A stretch of DNA of 63,649 nt, filler included, from Reclinomonas americana ATCC 50394 (GCA_048213135.1; 7 parts of 4 records of this genome joined end to end with filler, not necessarily neighbours in it); one strand, 5' to 3'; counted from the first letter of the whole stretch, positions 38,102 through 52,900 are shown. The notes: generated by a model not told the origin, from the letters alone. Numbers and translations are program-made.

Positions 38102-38748
38102 CTGAGGAGGAGTGCAAAAGGGAGAGGGTGAGGACGGAGAGGANNNNNNNNNNNNNNNNNNNNAGGAGAGGAGAAGAGAGGAGAGGAGAGGAGAGGAGAG
38201 GAGAGGAGAGGAGAGGAGAGGAGAGGAGAGGAGACGAGACGAGAGAGGAGGGGAAAAGGAAGGAGAGGAGTGGAGGGAGAAGAGGGGAGAGGAATGCAAA
38301 GGATGAGGAGAGGAGAGGAGAAGAGGGGAGAGGAATGCAAAGGAGAGGAGAGGGACAGAACGGAGGAGAAGGGAGGAGAAGGGAGAATGAGTGCATGAAC
38401 GTGGGTGACGCACACAAGATTTGTGGAGATATCTAGAAATGCATCGTAGACAAGTGTCAACTGTGTGAGTGAGAGTGTGTTGCAACAGAGTGAAGTACGC
38501 ACAGGCGAGTCAGAGTGAGGGAAAGCATACGCATCACACACTCACACTCTCTCACTCTATCTCAGAGAGGAAGAAGAGGAAATGCAGAATGCAAATGTGT
38601 GAACACACGCATCACACACTCCACTCTCTCTCTCTCTCTCTCTCTTGTCTCTTTCAAGCATTCTCGCAATCAAACGCACAGTACGAGAGAAGAGGAGAGA
38701 GTGAATCGTGTGTGTCTCTCTCTGTGCGTGCTCTCTCTCTCTCTTCTC

Positions 38749-38792
<44 letters not shown>

Positions 38793-39829
38793 TCCTTTCA
38801 CTCCTGTCCATCACTTCTCATTCTTTCTCTTGCTCCTCACTTATGCCTGTGCAGCCCAGTTTCTCGTCTCTGCCTCGCTTGATTGCGTTGCCTTCACTCC
38901 TCTCTTTGCAGCTCAGTCATTCCTATCTTGTGTTCACTCCTCTCTCTTTGCCTCGCTGTCCTCTTCACTCCTTTTACTCCTGTCTCTCTCTTTCCTCCTT
39001 TCACTCCTTCCCATTCTCTCAATTCATCACCATCTCATTCTTTCTCTTGCCCTTCACTCTTGTGTCTCTGTATCTTCTCTTTCTTCTCTTGCCTCGCTTC
39101 CTTGCACTGCCTTCACCCCTCTCTTTGCAGCTCAGTCGTTCTCATCTTGTGGTCACTCCTCTCTTTGCCTTGCTGTCCTCTTCACTCCTTTTACACCCGT
39201 CTTCCACTTTCCTCCTTTCACTCCTGCCCTCATTCATTCGTCCTCTTGCCTCTCACTCTTGCCTGCGCAGTCCAGTTTCTCATCTCTGCACATTTTCTTT
39301 CTTCTCTTGCCTCGCCCTGTATCGCACTGCCTCCGCCCTCCCTTTGCAGCTCAATCATTCCAGTCTTATGTTCACTCCTTTCTCTTTTCCTCTGTCTGAT
39401 CTTCTCTTGCTTCGTTGCCCTCACTTCTTCCTCTCTTGTGCTGTCCTCTCCACTTCTTTACTCCTATCTCTTGCCTCCTTATATTCTTGCCTTTTTCGTT
39501 CTTCCTTCTCTCCCTCTCTTCTCGTGTCTTCACCACCTTCACTGCTCTCTTGCGCTGCCATTTTCTACTCTCGCTGTCCTCTCCACTCCTTCAGCTTCTG
39601 CGTTTCTCTTGCATCCATGCTGCATCTGCATTGACTTTCCTTCTCTTGCTTCGCTGCTGCCTCTCCTCTTCGTTTCTCTTTTTCTGTCTGTGCTTCTCCG
39701 TCCACTCTGTTCCCTGCTGCTTCAGCAGTCACACCTCGTTGCTTTCTCTCCCAGCCGCTTGCCTCCATTCTCCTCTCCTTCTCTCACTCCCTTGTTTTCT
39801 ACCCATTCACTCTCTCTCACTCTCTCTCT

Positions 39830-39952
<123 letters not shown>

Positions 39953-40366
39953 GTCTCTCTCTATCTCGTCTCGTCTCTCTCTCTCTACTCTCTCTCTCGT
40001 CTCGTACTTCNNNNNNNNNNNNNNNNNNNNNNNNNNNNNNNNNNNNNNNNNNNNNNNNNNNNNNNNNNNNNNNNNNNNNNNNNNNNNNNNNNNNNNNNNN
40101 NNNNNNNNNNNNNNNNNNNNNNNNNNNNNNNNNNNNNNNNNNNNNNNNNNNNNNNNNNNNNNNNNNNNNNNNNNNNNNNNNNNNNNNNNNNNNNNNNNNN
40201 NNNNNNNNNNNNNNNNNNNNNTCCGTCCGTTTCCGTTCCGTCGTCGTCTTCGTACGACGTACGTACACCACCTCGTCGTTCTTCTTCCTCCACCGCCGTC
40301 GTCTCCCTCTCTCTCTCTCTCTCTCTCTCTTCTTCCTACTACTCTCTCTCTCTCTCTCTCTCTTCT

Positions 40367-40409
<43 letters not shown>

Positions 40410-40521
40410 CCTGCTGCTCCCCGCTCCTTTCCCGACACGTTCCTCCGTTTTGTATGTTGTCTTCCTTCACTTTCTCTCCATACCTCCCTTTCTCACTCCC
40501 TCCTTCTCCCTCCCCTTCACA

Positions 40522-42498
40522 GCCCCACCACCACCCCCACCACCCCCACCGGCTGCCCCCGCTCCACCACCTGTCCCGGAGAAGCCTGTGGACCCGCGCG
40601 TGGCGCAAGATTTCCGCGTGCAGCTCGGCGTGCTGATGAATCTCATTCACGGACCGCTGCTGGCGAAGCGCGATCGCTTGCGCGTGCAGCTGCAGAGGTT
40701 GGAGGAGCGAGTGGATGTCGTGCATCGGCAGCGTGCATTGTGAGTCTCGTGTGAGGAGGGAGGGGAGCGGGAAAGGGGAGGGTGGAGGGTAAGGGAGAGA
40801 GGAGTGGAAGGCAGGGAAGAGGGAAGGAGGAAGGGGAGGTGGAGGGAAGGGAGGGACGGAAGAATGGGAGTGTGTTTCTGCGTCCTGTTTCACGGTCTTG
40901 CCAGGCTTGCGTCGCACAATTTCGAGTATTCAGCTGTCATGATAGATAGTCCGTGCTCGATTATGTCTGCGTCATGCTTGGTGTTCATCGTGATCGTCTG
41001 AGTCATGTCGCAGAAGCGTTGGATGTTGTTGTTTCTTCCGTGTTGCGCGGGAGTGGCACAACGTCTGATGCGATCGCCTGTTCAGTGATTTCTGTTGGTG
41101 TATTCATTCAGATGTGCGTCGAACTGTACTCCTCTCTGTCGTGTTTTGATGGCATTGTCTGTAGTCTTGCAGAGGGTGTTTCTACGTGTGTATCAACTTT
41201 GTTCAGCCTCTGACCTATGAGCAATGTCTGTAGTCTGCAGAAGTGTTGCTACATGTGTATCAACTTTGTTTTGCCTCTGATCTATGAGCAATGACTGTTG
41301 TCCTGCAGAGAGTTTCAGCTGCATGTGTATCTACTTTGTTCAGCCTCTGATCTATGAGCAATGTCTGTAGTCTGCAGAAGTGTTGCTACATGTGTATCAA
41401 CTTTGTTTAGCCTCTGCTCTACGAATTCTGAGTGATCTATGAGCAATGTCTGTAGTCTTGCAGAGAGTGTGAGCTGCATGCGTATCAACTTTGTTCAGCC
41501 TCTGCTCTATGAATTCTGAGTGTTACCTTGGGAGAGTTTTTCGCGTTCTTGGGAGAGTGTGTACGGGGGAATGATCTTGCTGCTTTTGGTCCTTCGGCTC
41601 AAGTCTTTGGAGGTTCAATCAACGCAGAACCCTCTGCATATGATAACGTTTTTCAGAATGAGCACAGAGTTTACGAGGCTGACTGGGGGTCGGAGGATGC
41701 AATCTGTCCCTCACTTTTCATTATCTCCTTCCGCTTCTCCGCCTCGTCTCATCCCTTGTTGCCTCCCCACAGAATTGAAGACGAAACACGCGCTGACTGC
41801 GACGGAATCATCGAGAGACTTCGCTGGCGTGAGCAGGAGAAGCGATCAGCGCTGGAGCGCGACATGCATCTGCTACATGTTTCGTCTCCACTCTGTCGCG
41901 TTCTGGTGCATGCTCGCTCTTATATCCAAGTACGCAGCGCGACCTCGATGAAATTCAACACTTTGCCGACTCCCTGTCATCCACATGGAACTCTCCTTCG
42001 CCCGCCATGGAAATGTTCCTTGCCAAGTATCATGTTGCGTCTCTCCTACAACCAAGGGCCGTTTCAACAGGCGTGGCTGGGCGTCCAGCACATTGATTTC
42101 ACTTACGCTTCGCTGCTCCTTCTCCTCCTCCTTCTTCTCCTTCTCCCTTCCCCCTATTGCAGGACTACGTGGCCGAATGTCGACGCCTCTGCGACAAACC
42201 CTTCCAGGAAGCCATCACCGTGGTGGCCGACGACCTGCCCCGCGAGGTGGCGCTGCGCAAGGCCCTCATGGAGTCATACTCGAGTCTGGTGGAGACGCTG
42301 GCGGTGAAGAATCAAATGGTGCGCTACCTGCTGGAGCAGCGCGAGGCGCAGACCACGCAGCAGTGGCAAACGACGGAGGAGATGAAGCGCGTGTTTGGCT
42401 CGGCGCAGCAGGAGATTCAGGAGTGGATTAGGTTAAATGAGAAGTTGTTGGCGGCCGGGGATGACAGTGGTAGCTATGATGAGTATGCGCGAATGTAG
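40522..42498 (+). CDS. 3' exons of an uncharacterised coiled-coil protein
   Basis: Spliceable exons APPPPP...LLAKRDRLRVQLQRLEER...|IEDETRADCDGIIERLR...|DYVAECRRLCDKPFQEAITVVADDLPREVALR...DEYARM*, with GC-rich coding bias and GT-AG borders. Confidence 0.65.
41156..41522. repeat. Minisatellite, ~67-70 bp unit, 5 copies with alternating A/B variants
   Basis: TGATCTATGAGCAATGTCTGTAGTC(T)TGCAG...GTGTATCAACTTTGTTCAGCCTC is repeated. Confidence 0.9.
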
Positions 42499-42668
42499 CA
42501 GCTAGAAGGTGGAAGGCTAATGTACTTTATTTCAACTTCTTTTATCTTTTCGCTCGACAAGAAGAGTGATGTGAGCACCAGAGTGCGCTGCTGCGCACGG
42601 TCGTCAGCTGCTGCTGCTGCTGCTGCATATAAGGCTGTTAAGAGGTGCTGCTCTCCAGCATTGCTCGT

Positions 42669-45013
42669 TCACTCAACGAGAAACACTTCGTAGTCGGCCA
42701 CTTGGAATGTCCGCGTTCCCATCAGTGTCTTGTTGTCCAATGCTCCGCCGTCGGTGCTCTGGTACGAGTTAGGGTTGCTGTGGCTCTCGCTGTTGCTGTT
42801 GCAATCGTCGTACAAGAGAAGGCTGTGTCCATGGCCAAAGATAGGTCCATATCCAGAGTTGTGAACAACGGCATTCTGTTTCTGATCTTCCTTGACTGCA
42901 AAGCGTCGTGCACTTGCACCACTCCACGATGCCGAAAACAAGAGGCTGGTGCCGGATGAATCGACGGCGTAAACGCCTGACGCAGGAGACTGCCACGACA
43001 CAGGTGTGTATCCGCCACACACTCGCCCCGTCGACGACTTGACCACTGTCAGCGTCGCTCTGCACACCAATCAGTCACCGACCACAACAAGCTCTATCTC
43101 CTCCCTTCAATCACTCACCCGCGATTGTCACATTTCTGATGGAATGATTCTGCCGCGAACCCATCTCGACTGCCCTTGAACAGCAACGTCAACTTGGGCA
43201 CCTTCCCGCCGCCTCGCGCTTGCTGAACCCACTGCAGCACCACTCGTCCATCCGCCGCACTCAGCAGATCGCTGTCGATGACCTTTCTCTCCAGCCGCTC
43301 TCGCTCCTCTCGTTTCCTGGCCTCGCGCTCCCGTTCCTCTCGCTCCCGTTCCTCTCGCTCTCTGGCTTGCCGCTCGCGCTCCTCCTGCTCTCTGGCCTGC
43401 CGCTCCCGCTCAGCCGCCTCTCGTTCCTGGATCGCACGTTCACGCGCCTCCAGCGGTTTGAGACGATCAAGCAGCTGCAGTCGACAACGCGACATTATTA
43501 GGACCGATGATCTTAAATAACCCGTACAAAGAGACCGCAGACCTCAGCAACACCTCGCTCGAGAGCTTCGCGCATGCGTCGCTCTGATCCAAGTTGCTCA
43601 CTTGCAGCCTGTTGCTCGCGAGTCAATCGCTCCTCAACAGTTAGTCTCGCATGTCGCTCATCAGCCAGTTGTTGGCGGCACTCGACAAGCATTCCCACAC
43701 AATCGACCAGTCGCTCATCGGCAGCTTGTCTTGCCTCTCTCTCCTGAGCCACCATCTGCGACAGCTCTCGCACTTGGCCACGAAGCTGTACACACAAACA
43801 CATGTCACAATAGCTGCATAAATCCACCGTCCATCATTCCAACTCACCTCTCGCAGCGGTTGCTCCACTCGCAACACATCACATACTCGCTCATGCTCCT
43901 CCCTCTCCCCACCAATTCCACGCCATCCGCACCCCAGTTCACCACCACGACACACTGTATGCTGCAGTCGACACTCCGTCTCTGCAACAACGAGAACAGC
44001 ACATCAGTCATGATACACACCTCTCTCCTCTCAAAGCACACTCACCAAGATGTCGCTGCATATCCGCCAGTGAGCACAGCTGCTGACACCCACGGGGACA
44101 CGCTCGCATGCACCCACTCCAGCTGTGCTCCACCATCTCGCTCAGTGCCAGTCGCATTCCACACCCGAGTGGACACTCGCGCAAGCATCCACTCCACTCA
44201 TGCTCCGCGGTGCGATCCAGTGTCATTTGCTGTCCACATCTCTCGCACGCATACGGACACTGCGACAGAGCATGTGTGCGGTAATAGTCGCCCACCGTCT
44301 GTTCATCCAGAGTGAGAGGACGAAGAGAAGGAAGATGAGAGAATGAGAGGCGGCGAAGAGAACGAGAAGACGCCATGAATGAGAGGAGGGCAAGGGAGGG
44401 AATGCAAAGAAAATGAGAGAACGACACTGAGATTGAGAGGGAAGGGAGAGAGAAAGACACCACAGAAGGGGAGAGGGATGGGCGACAACGTATACGGGAG
44501 AGGTAGAGAGGAGGCGAGGGAGTAGAAGTTGAAGAGGGAGGGAGAGGAACAGAGAAGAGAACGGAGAAGGAGGGGTGGAGAAAGGGAGGCAAACTGAAGC
44601 GAGGAAAGCACACGCAGGAAGGTACTGAGGGCATGGGAGAGAGTAACAGACGGAGTGTGCAAGATGGAGGGAGAAGGATAAAGAAACGCACAAACCATGG
44701 GGGCGTGGCACAGTGGGCATGTGACCTGTTGTGCCTCTCACAAGTCAACATCACTGGCGACTTGCATGCCGAGCGACAAAAGAACGCAACCTTCACATTG
44801 CCAAAGGATATGTGGTTCCGTCGTGAGGCCTCCTTCAACGTGGCCAGCGATGTGACTCCATCACCACACAGATCCACTCCAGCCTCCGTCACATGCTCAC
44901 TATGCCACACTTGTCAGGAAGCCAGCATGAAGCGGAGTGCTTTGCTTTCTCGCTCACCGACACAGGTGATGCAGCTCGCTGGCACACAGCACGAAATCCG
45001 GAGCACACAGGTC
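42669..45013 (-). CDS. TRAF-like protein RING-zinc fingers-coiled coil-TLDc, copy 1 (first exon missing at contig end)
   Basis: DLCAPDFVLCASELHHLCR|EHV..., VTCPLCHAPM, CPYACERC..H..CLRECPLGC..H..CPRGC..HL, coiled coil/ER-rich helix, then TLDc LTLLFKGSRDGF..FHQKCDNRG|ATLTVVKS..GGYT..W..GPIFG..YEVF*. Confidence 0.88.
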
Positions 45014-45239
45014 CTGCGCGATGCAGAGATCAGTGTCTCTCAATCAGGAAAGCAATGAGAGAGACAGAGACAAAGAGAGAGCATGACGTCGTGTATGTTG
45101 TTGCTGTTGTTGTTGTGCAAGCCATCATCATCTCACGGCACTGTCAGTGTCATCAATGCACACAACAGAGAGAGAGAGAGAGAGAGAGAGACAAGGACAC
45201 AGACCGCACATGTGTATGCACACGCACACACTGGGACAG

Positions 45240-45322
<83 letters not shown>

Positions 45323-45745
45323 NNNNNNNNNNNNNNNNNNNNNNNNNNNNNNNNNNNNNNNNNNNNTTAATTAATTAANNNNNNNNNNNNNNNNNNNNNN
45401 NNNNNNNNNNNNNNNNNNNNNNGAGAGAGAGAGAGAGAGAGAAAGACAAGGTGCACAGAAAATGAGAGACTGACACTGAGAATGAAAGGGACAAGAGAGA
45501 GAAAAACACCACAGAAGAGGAAAGGGATGGGCGACAACGTACGCGGGAGAGGCAGAGAGGAGGCGAGGGAGTAGAAGTTGAAGAGGGAGGGAGAGGAACA
45601 GAGAAGAGAACGGAGAAGGAGGGGTGGAGAAATAGGAGGCAAACTGAAGCGAGGAAAGCACACGCAGGAAGGCACTGAGGGCAAGGGAGAGAGAAACAGA
45701 CGGAGTGTGCAAGATGGAGAGAAAAGCACACCGAAACGTACAAAC

Positions 45746-46220
45746 CATGGGGGCGTGGCACAGTGGGCATGTGACCTGTGGTGCCTCTCACAAGTCAACG
45801 GCACTGGCGACTTGTTGACGAGCAATCCAAGAACGCAACCTTCACGTTGCCATACGATATGTGGTTCCGTCGCGAGGCCTCCTTCAGTGTGGCCAGCGAT
45901 GTAACTCCATCACCACACAGATCCACTCCAGCCTCTGTCACATGCTCACTGCGCGTCACACTGGTCAGGAAGCCAGCTAGGAAACACTACTCTCCTCCTT
46001 ATCACCCACCGACACAGGTGATGCAACTCGCTGGCACACAACACGAAATCCGGAGCACACAGATCCTGTGCAATGCATAGATCAGTGTCTCACAGCAGCA
46101 GGAATAGCAATGAGAGAGACAGAGAGAGAGAGAGAGAGAGTCGTATGGTGTTCCTGTTGTTGTTATTGTGTAAATCATCATCATCTCACGGCACTGTCTC
46201 TCATTGTCATCAATGCACAC

Positions 46221-46262
<42 letters not shown>

Positions 46263-46749
46263 GAGACACGACGACCGCACNNNNNNNNNNNNNNNNNNNN
46301 NNNNNNNNNNNNNNNNNNNNNNNNNNNNNNNNNNNNNNNNNNNNNNNNNNNNNNNNNNNNNNNNNNNNNNNNNNNNNNNNNNNNNNNNNNNNNNNNNNNN
46401 NNNNNNNNNNNNNNNNNNNNNNNNNNNNNNNNNNNNNNNNNNNNNNNNNNNNNNNNNNNNNNNNNNNNNNNNNNNNNNNNNNNNNNNNNNNNNNNNNNNN
46501 NNNNNNNNNNNNNNNNNNNNNNNNNNNNNNNNNNNNNNNNNNNNNNNNNACATCCTCCTCTCCCTCCTCTGAAGGAGGACGACGATGCACAGCGCGCACC
46601 ACACGAAACACGTATTGTTCCTCATCACTGAGTCGCATCACTTGCTGCTCGAGAACAATCTGTTCATCCGAGGCAGGAGGGGGAAGAGGAGGAGCAGAGG
46701 CCGAGCCCCTGCCTTCTCCACCACCCTCACGCACGTCCTCGAACCCCAT
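45746..46749 (-). CDS. TRAF-like RING-ZnF-TLDc family, 5' half of an additional copy (cut by contig end)
   Basis: MGFEDVREGG... start, RING exons and intron sequence are homologous but not identical to the other copies. Confidence 0.75.
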
Positions 46750-46911
46750 TCAACCCTGCGCTCTTCTCGCCTTGTGATGAATGACTGTCAAACGCCTGGC
46801 GTGTCCCGCATCATGATGGCCCATCAAGAGTCGTGAGAGCTGCAGAGCCTGCAGTTGCGTGCCAGAGAAGTTGCTGTACCTGCAGGAAGATCACTCTCCA
46901 TCATCGCGCAT

Positions 46912-49490
46912 TCATTCAACGAGAAAGACTTCGTAGTCTGCCACTTGGAACTGGTAAGATCCCATCAGTGTCGTGGTGTCCAATGCTCCGCCGTCGGTGC
47001 TCTGGTACGAGGCAGGGTTGCTGTAGCTGCTGCTGTTGCTGTTGCAGTTGTCGTACAAGATAAGGGTGTTGCCATGTCCGAAGATTGGTCCACATCCAGA
47101 ATTGTGAAGAACGGCATAATGTTTGTACTCAGCCCTCAGAGCAAAGCGTCGTGCGTTTGCGCCACTCCACGACGCGGAGAACAAGAAGCTGGTGCCCGAT
47201 GAATCGGCGCCCCAAGCACCTGACGTAGAAGTCTGCCATGAGACAGGCGTGTATCCACCACACACTCGTCCCGTCGACGACTTGACCACTGTCAGCGTCG
47301 CGCTGCACACAGCCGCTCACCAATCAATCACCGTGTGCAGCAAGCTTTCCATTCCTCAACCACTCACCCACGATTATCGCATCGCTGATGGAATATGGCT
47401 GCCGCGAACCCATCTCGACTGCCCTTGAACAGCAGCGTCAACTTGGGCACACTCCCACCACCACGTGCTTGCTGCACCCACTGAAGCACCACTCGTCCAT
47501 CCGCCGCACTCAGCAGATCGCTGTTGATCTTTCCATCCGCCCGCTCCCGCTCCTCTCGTTCCCTGGCCTCGCGCTCCCGCTCCTCTCGCTCCCTGGCTTG
47601 CCGCTCTCGCTCCTCCTGCTCTCTAGCCAGCCGCTCACGTTCAGCCGCTTCTCGTTCCTCAATTGATCTGACATGCACCTCCAGCGGTTTGAGACGATCA
47701 AGCAGCTGCAGAAAAACAGGAGACGGATGAGGGATGAGCGGTGTACAAGCTACATCCATCACAACAAACCTCAGCAACTCCTCGCTCGAGAGCTTCGCGC
47801 ATGCGTCTCTCGGATCCAAGTTGCTCGGTGCACACGACGAGCCGCTCCGTGCACACAGCAAGGCGCTCATCCGTCGCTTGCCTCGCCCGTTGCTCATCAA
47901 CCAGCAGCTGCTCAATAGCTTGCCTGGCCTCTCTCTCCTGCACCAGCTGCTCCCTGCTCTCTGCCACCATCTGAGACAGTTCTCGCACTCGGCCATGAAG
48001 CTGTACACACAAACACATGTCACAATAGCTGCATGAATCCATAGTCCATTACTCCAAACTCACCTCTCGCAGCGGTTGCTCCACTCGCAACACGTCGCAC
48101 ACTCGCTCATGCTCCTCCCTCTCCCCACCAATACCCCGCCACCCGCACCCCAGTTCACCACCACGACACACTGTGTGCTGCAGTCGACACTCCGTCTCTG
48201 CAACAACGAGAACAGCACATCAGTGTCATGACGCACCTCTCTCCGTCAAGCACACTCACCAAGATGCCGCTGCATGTCCGCCAGTGAACATCGCTGCTGA
48301 CATCCACGCGGGCACGCTCGCGTGCACCCACTCCAGCTGTGCTCCACCATCTCACTCAGCGCCATCCTCGCTCCACATCCGAGTGGACACTCGCGCAAGC
48401 ATCCACTCCACTCATGCTCCGCCGTGCGATCCAGTGTCATCTGCTGTCCACACCGCTCGCATGCATACGGGCACTGCGTGAGGCCATGTGTGCGGTAATA
48501 GTCGCCCACCGTCTGTTCATCCAGAGTGAGATTAAAGGCTGAGAGTAAGAGGGTGCGAAGAGAACGAGGGAAGACACCTGGAATGAGAGGGAGAGCAAGC
48601 GAGGCAGGGGGAAAGAGTGACAGGATGCAAAGAAAATGAGAGAATGACACTGAGAACGAGAGAGAGAGAGAGAGAGAGAGAAAGACACGACAGAAGGGGA
48701 AAGGGATGGGCGACAACGTACGCGGGAGAGGCAGAGAGGAGGCGAGGGAGTAGAAGTTGAAGAGGGAGGGGGAGGAACAGAGAAGAGAACAGAGAAGGAG
48801 GGGTGGAGAACAAGGGAAGCAAACTGAAGCGAGGAAAGCACACGCAGGAAGGTACTGAGGGCAATGGGAGAGAGTAACAGACGGAGTGTGCAAGATGGAG
48901 AGAGGAACAATAAAGAAACACACAAACCATGGGGGCGTGGCACAGTGGGCATGTGACCTGTTGCGCCTCTCACAAGTCAACGTCACTGGCGACTTGTATG
49001 ACGAGCAACCAAGAACGCAACCTTTATGTTGCCATACGATATCTGGTTCCTTCGCGGAGCCTCTTTCAGCGTGGCCAGCGACGTGACTCCATCGCCACAA
49101 AGATCCACTCCAGCCTCTGTCACGTGCTCACTGCGCGTCGCAGTTGTCAGGAAGCCAGCATGAAGCGGGGTGCTCTACTTTCTCGCTCACCGACACAAGT
49201 GATGCAGCTCGCTGGCACACAGCACGAAATCCGGGGCACACAGATCCTGCGCGATGCAGAGACCAGTGTCTCTCAATAGCAGGAAAAGGAGAGAGAGAGA
49301 GAGAGCGACGTCGTGTACGGTGTTGCTGTTGTTGTTGTGCAAGTCATCATCATCTCACGGCACTGTCAGTGTCAGCAATGCACACAAACAACAGAGAGAG
49401 AGAGAGAGAGGAGCATCGAATGCGGGCTCGTCGTGCATTGTCATCTTCTTTTTTTTCTTCTTCTTCTTCTTCTTCTTCTCTTCTTCTTCT

Positions 49491-49529
<39 letters not shown>

Positions 49530-49830
49530 TCATACACACACTCACCAAGCACACTGGGCACATATACTCGTCCGCCAATACTCGCGACTCTTGCGCCACT
49601 TGCTCCATCCACAAACGCGGTGGCTTCACATCCTCCTCCTCTCCCACTTCCGATGGACGTCGTCGATGCACAGCGCGCACCACACGAAACACGTATTGTT
49701 CCTCATCACTGAGTCGCATCACTTGCTGCTCGAGAACTGTCTGTTCATCAGAGGCAGGAGGAGGGGGAGCAGCAGCAGAGGCCGAGCCACTGCCTTCTCC
49801 CGCGCCCTCACGCACGGCCTCGAAACCCAT
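46912..49830 (-). CDS. TRAF-like RING-ZnF-coiled coil-TLDc protein, copy 2 (complete)
   Basis: MGFEAVRE...EYMCPVCL|DLCAPDFVLCASELHHLCR|EHVTEAGVDLCGDG (RING-like), TRAF-type zinc fingers, coiled coil, and TLDc ending FQVADYEVFLVE*. Confidence 0.9.
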
Positions 49831-49978
49831 TCACCCCTGCTCACTTCTCGCCTTGTGACAAATGAGTGTCTTTTGTGTCCTGCATCATGATGGCAACGTG
49901 AGAGCTGCAGAGCTGCTGCTGATGCGTGCCAGAGAAGTTGCTGTACCTGCAGGAAGATCACCCTCCAACATCGCGCAT

Positions 49979-52900
49979 TCACTCAACGAGGAAGACTTCG
50001 TAATCTGCCACTTGGAAGTACTGCGTTCCCATCAGTGTCGTGGTGTCCAATGCTCCGCCGTCGGTGCTCTGGTACGAGGTAGGGTTGCTGTAGTTGCTGC
50101 TGTTGCTGTTGCAGTTGTCGTACAAGACAAGGCTGCTACCTCCGAAGATTGGTCCACATCCAGAGACGTGATAAACGGAATGTTGTTTCTTGTCGTCCTT
50201 CAGCGCAAAGCGTCGCGCACTTGCACCGCTCCACGAGGCCGAAAATAACAAGCTGGTGCCGGATGGATCGGCAGCATAAACGGCTGACGCAGGAGACTGC
50301 CACGAGACAGGCGTGTATCCGCCACACACTCGTCCCGTCGACGACTTGACCACAGTCAGCGTCGGTCTGCGTGCAGTCACTCATCAATCAATCACCGACC
50401 ACAACAACCACTCCCTTCCCTCAATCACTAACCCACGATTGTCACACCGCCCGTGGAATGTGGCTGCCACAAACCCATCTCGACTGCCCTTGAACAGCAG
50501 CGTCAGCTTGGACACCTTCCCGCCTCCTCGCGCTTGCTGCACCCACTGCAGCACCACTCGTCCATCCGCCGCACTCAGTAGATCGCTGTCAATCTTCATC
50601 TCAGCCCGCTCCCGCTCCTCTCGTTCCCTCTCCAGCCGTTCTCGCTCCTCCCGCTCTCTCGCCTGCCGCTCGCGCTCCTCCTGCTCTCTGGCCAGCCGCT
50701 CGAGTTCCGCTGCCTCTCGCTCCTGAATCGCTCGGTCACGCACCTCCAGCGGTTTGAGACGATCAAGCAGCTGCAGACGAATACGACACGATTAGGACCG
50801 ATGATCTTACATGACCCATAGGTAATCATACCGCAGACCTCAGCAACACCTCTCTCGAGTGCCTCACGCATGCGCCGCTCCGATCCAAGTTGCTCAGTGC
50901 ACACAGCGAGCCGCTCCGTGCATACAGCAAGGCGCTCATCCATCGCTTGCCTCGCCCGTTGCTCACCAGTGAGCTGCTGGCGACACTCGACAAGCATCCC
51001 CACACAATCGACCAGTCGCTCATCGGCAGCTTGTCTTGCCTCTCTCTCCTGAGCCACCAGCTGAGATAATTCGCGCAATTGACTGTTAAGCTGGGGAATC
51101 TCTCGCACTCGACCATGCAGCTACGCACACAACCATTAACCATATCAGCTGACATGAATGGTATCTCCATCGTATCCTTCCAACTCACCTCACGCAGCGG
51201 TCGCTCCACTCGCAACACATCGCACACTCGCTCATGCTCCTCCCTCTCTCCAATAATACCCCGCCATCCACACCCCAGTTCACCACCACGACACACTGTG
51301 TGCTGCAGTCGGCACTCCGTTTCTGCAACAAGAGATCATTTCAGTGTCATGATACACACCTCCCTCCATCAAGCACACTCACCAAGATGCCGCTGCATCT
51401 CCGCCAATGAACACTGCTGCTGACACCCACGCGGACACGCTCGCATGCACCCACTCCAGCTGTGCTCCACCATCTCACTCAGCGCCATCCTTGCACCACA
51501 CCCCAGCGGGCATTCGCGCAAGCATCCACTCCACTCATGCTCCGCCGTCCGGTCCAGTGTCATCTGCTCTCCACACCGCTCGCAGGCATACGGACACTGC
51601 GTCAGAGCATGTGTGCGGTAATAGTCGCCCACCGTCTGTTCGTCCAAGCAGAGTGAGAGGACAATAAGAAGGAAGATGAGAGACTGAGAGGCGGCGATGA
51701 GAACGAGAGAAGACACCATACATGAAAGGAGGGCAAGAGAGGCAGCGAAAGATAGAAGGAGAGAATGTCATCGTGCAATGAAAATGAGAGAATGACGCTG
51801 ACAATGAGAGGGAAAAGAGAGAGAAAGACACCACAGAAGAGGAAAGGGATGGGCGACAACGTACGCGGGAGAGGTAGAGAGGAGGCGAGGGAGTAGAAGT
51901 TGAAGAGGGAGGGAGAGGAAAAGAGAAGAGAACAGAGAAGGAGGGGTGGAGAAATGGGAGGCAAACTGAGGGAAGGTACTGAGGGCAAGGGAGAGAGAAA
52001 CCGACGGAGTGTGCAAGATGGAGGGAGAAGGATAAAGAAACACACAAACCATGGGTGCGTGGCACAGTGGGCATGTGACCTGTGGTGCCTCTCACAAGTC
52101 AACATCACTGGCAGCTTGCATCAACAGACAACCACACGCAACCTTCACGTTGCCATAAGATATGTGGTTCCGTCGTGAGGCCTCCTTCAACGTGGCCAGC
52201 GATGTGACTCCATCACCACACAGATCCACTCCAGCCTCCGTCACATGCTCACTGCGCGTCACACTGGTCAGGAAGCCAGCATGAAAGCACTCTCCTCTTG
52301 CTCACTCACCGACACAGGTGATGCAGCTCGCTGGAACACAGCACGAAATCCGGGGCACACAGATCCTGCGCAATGCAGAGATCAGTGTCTCTCAATAGCG
52401 GGAATGGCAATAAGGGGTCNNNNNNNNNNNNNNNNNNNNNNNNNNNNNNNNNNNNNNNNNNNNNNNNNNNNNNNNNNNNNNNNNNNNNNNNNNNNNNNNN
52501 NNNNNNNNNNNNNNNNNNNNNNNNNNNNNNNNNNNNNNNNNNNNNNNNNNNNNNNNNNNNNNNNNNNNNNNNNNNNNNNNNNNNNNNNNNNNNNNNNNNN
52601 NNNNNNNNNNNNNNNNNNNNNNNNNNNNNNNNNNNNNNNNNNNNNNNNNNNNNNNNNNNNNNNNNNNNNNNNNNNNNNNNNNNNNNNNNNNNNNNNNNNN
52701 NNNNNNNNNNNNNNNNNNNNNNNNNNNNNNNNNNNNNNNNNNNNNNNNNNNNNNNNNNNNNNNNNNNNNNNNNNNNNNNNNNNNNNNNNNNNNNNNNNNN
52801 NNNNNNNNNNNNNNNNNNNNNNNNNNNNNNNNNNNNNNNNNNNNNNNNNNNNNNNNNNNNNNNNNNNNNNNNNNNNNNNNNNNNNNNNNNNNNNNNNNNN

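Noticed and set aside
41156-41522. CRISPR-like array
   Set aside because: Whole units are homologous with no unique spacers, there are no cas genes, and the context is a eukaryotic intron.
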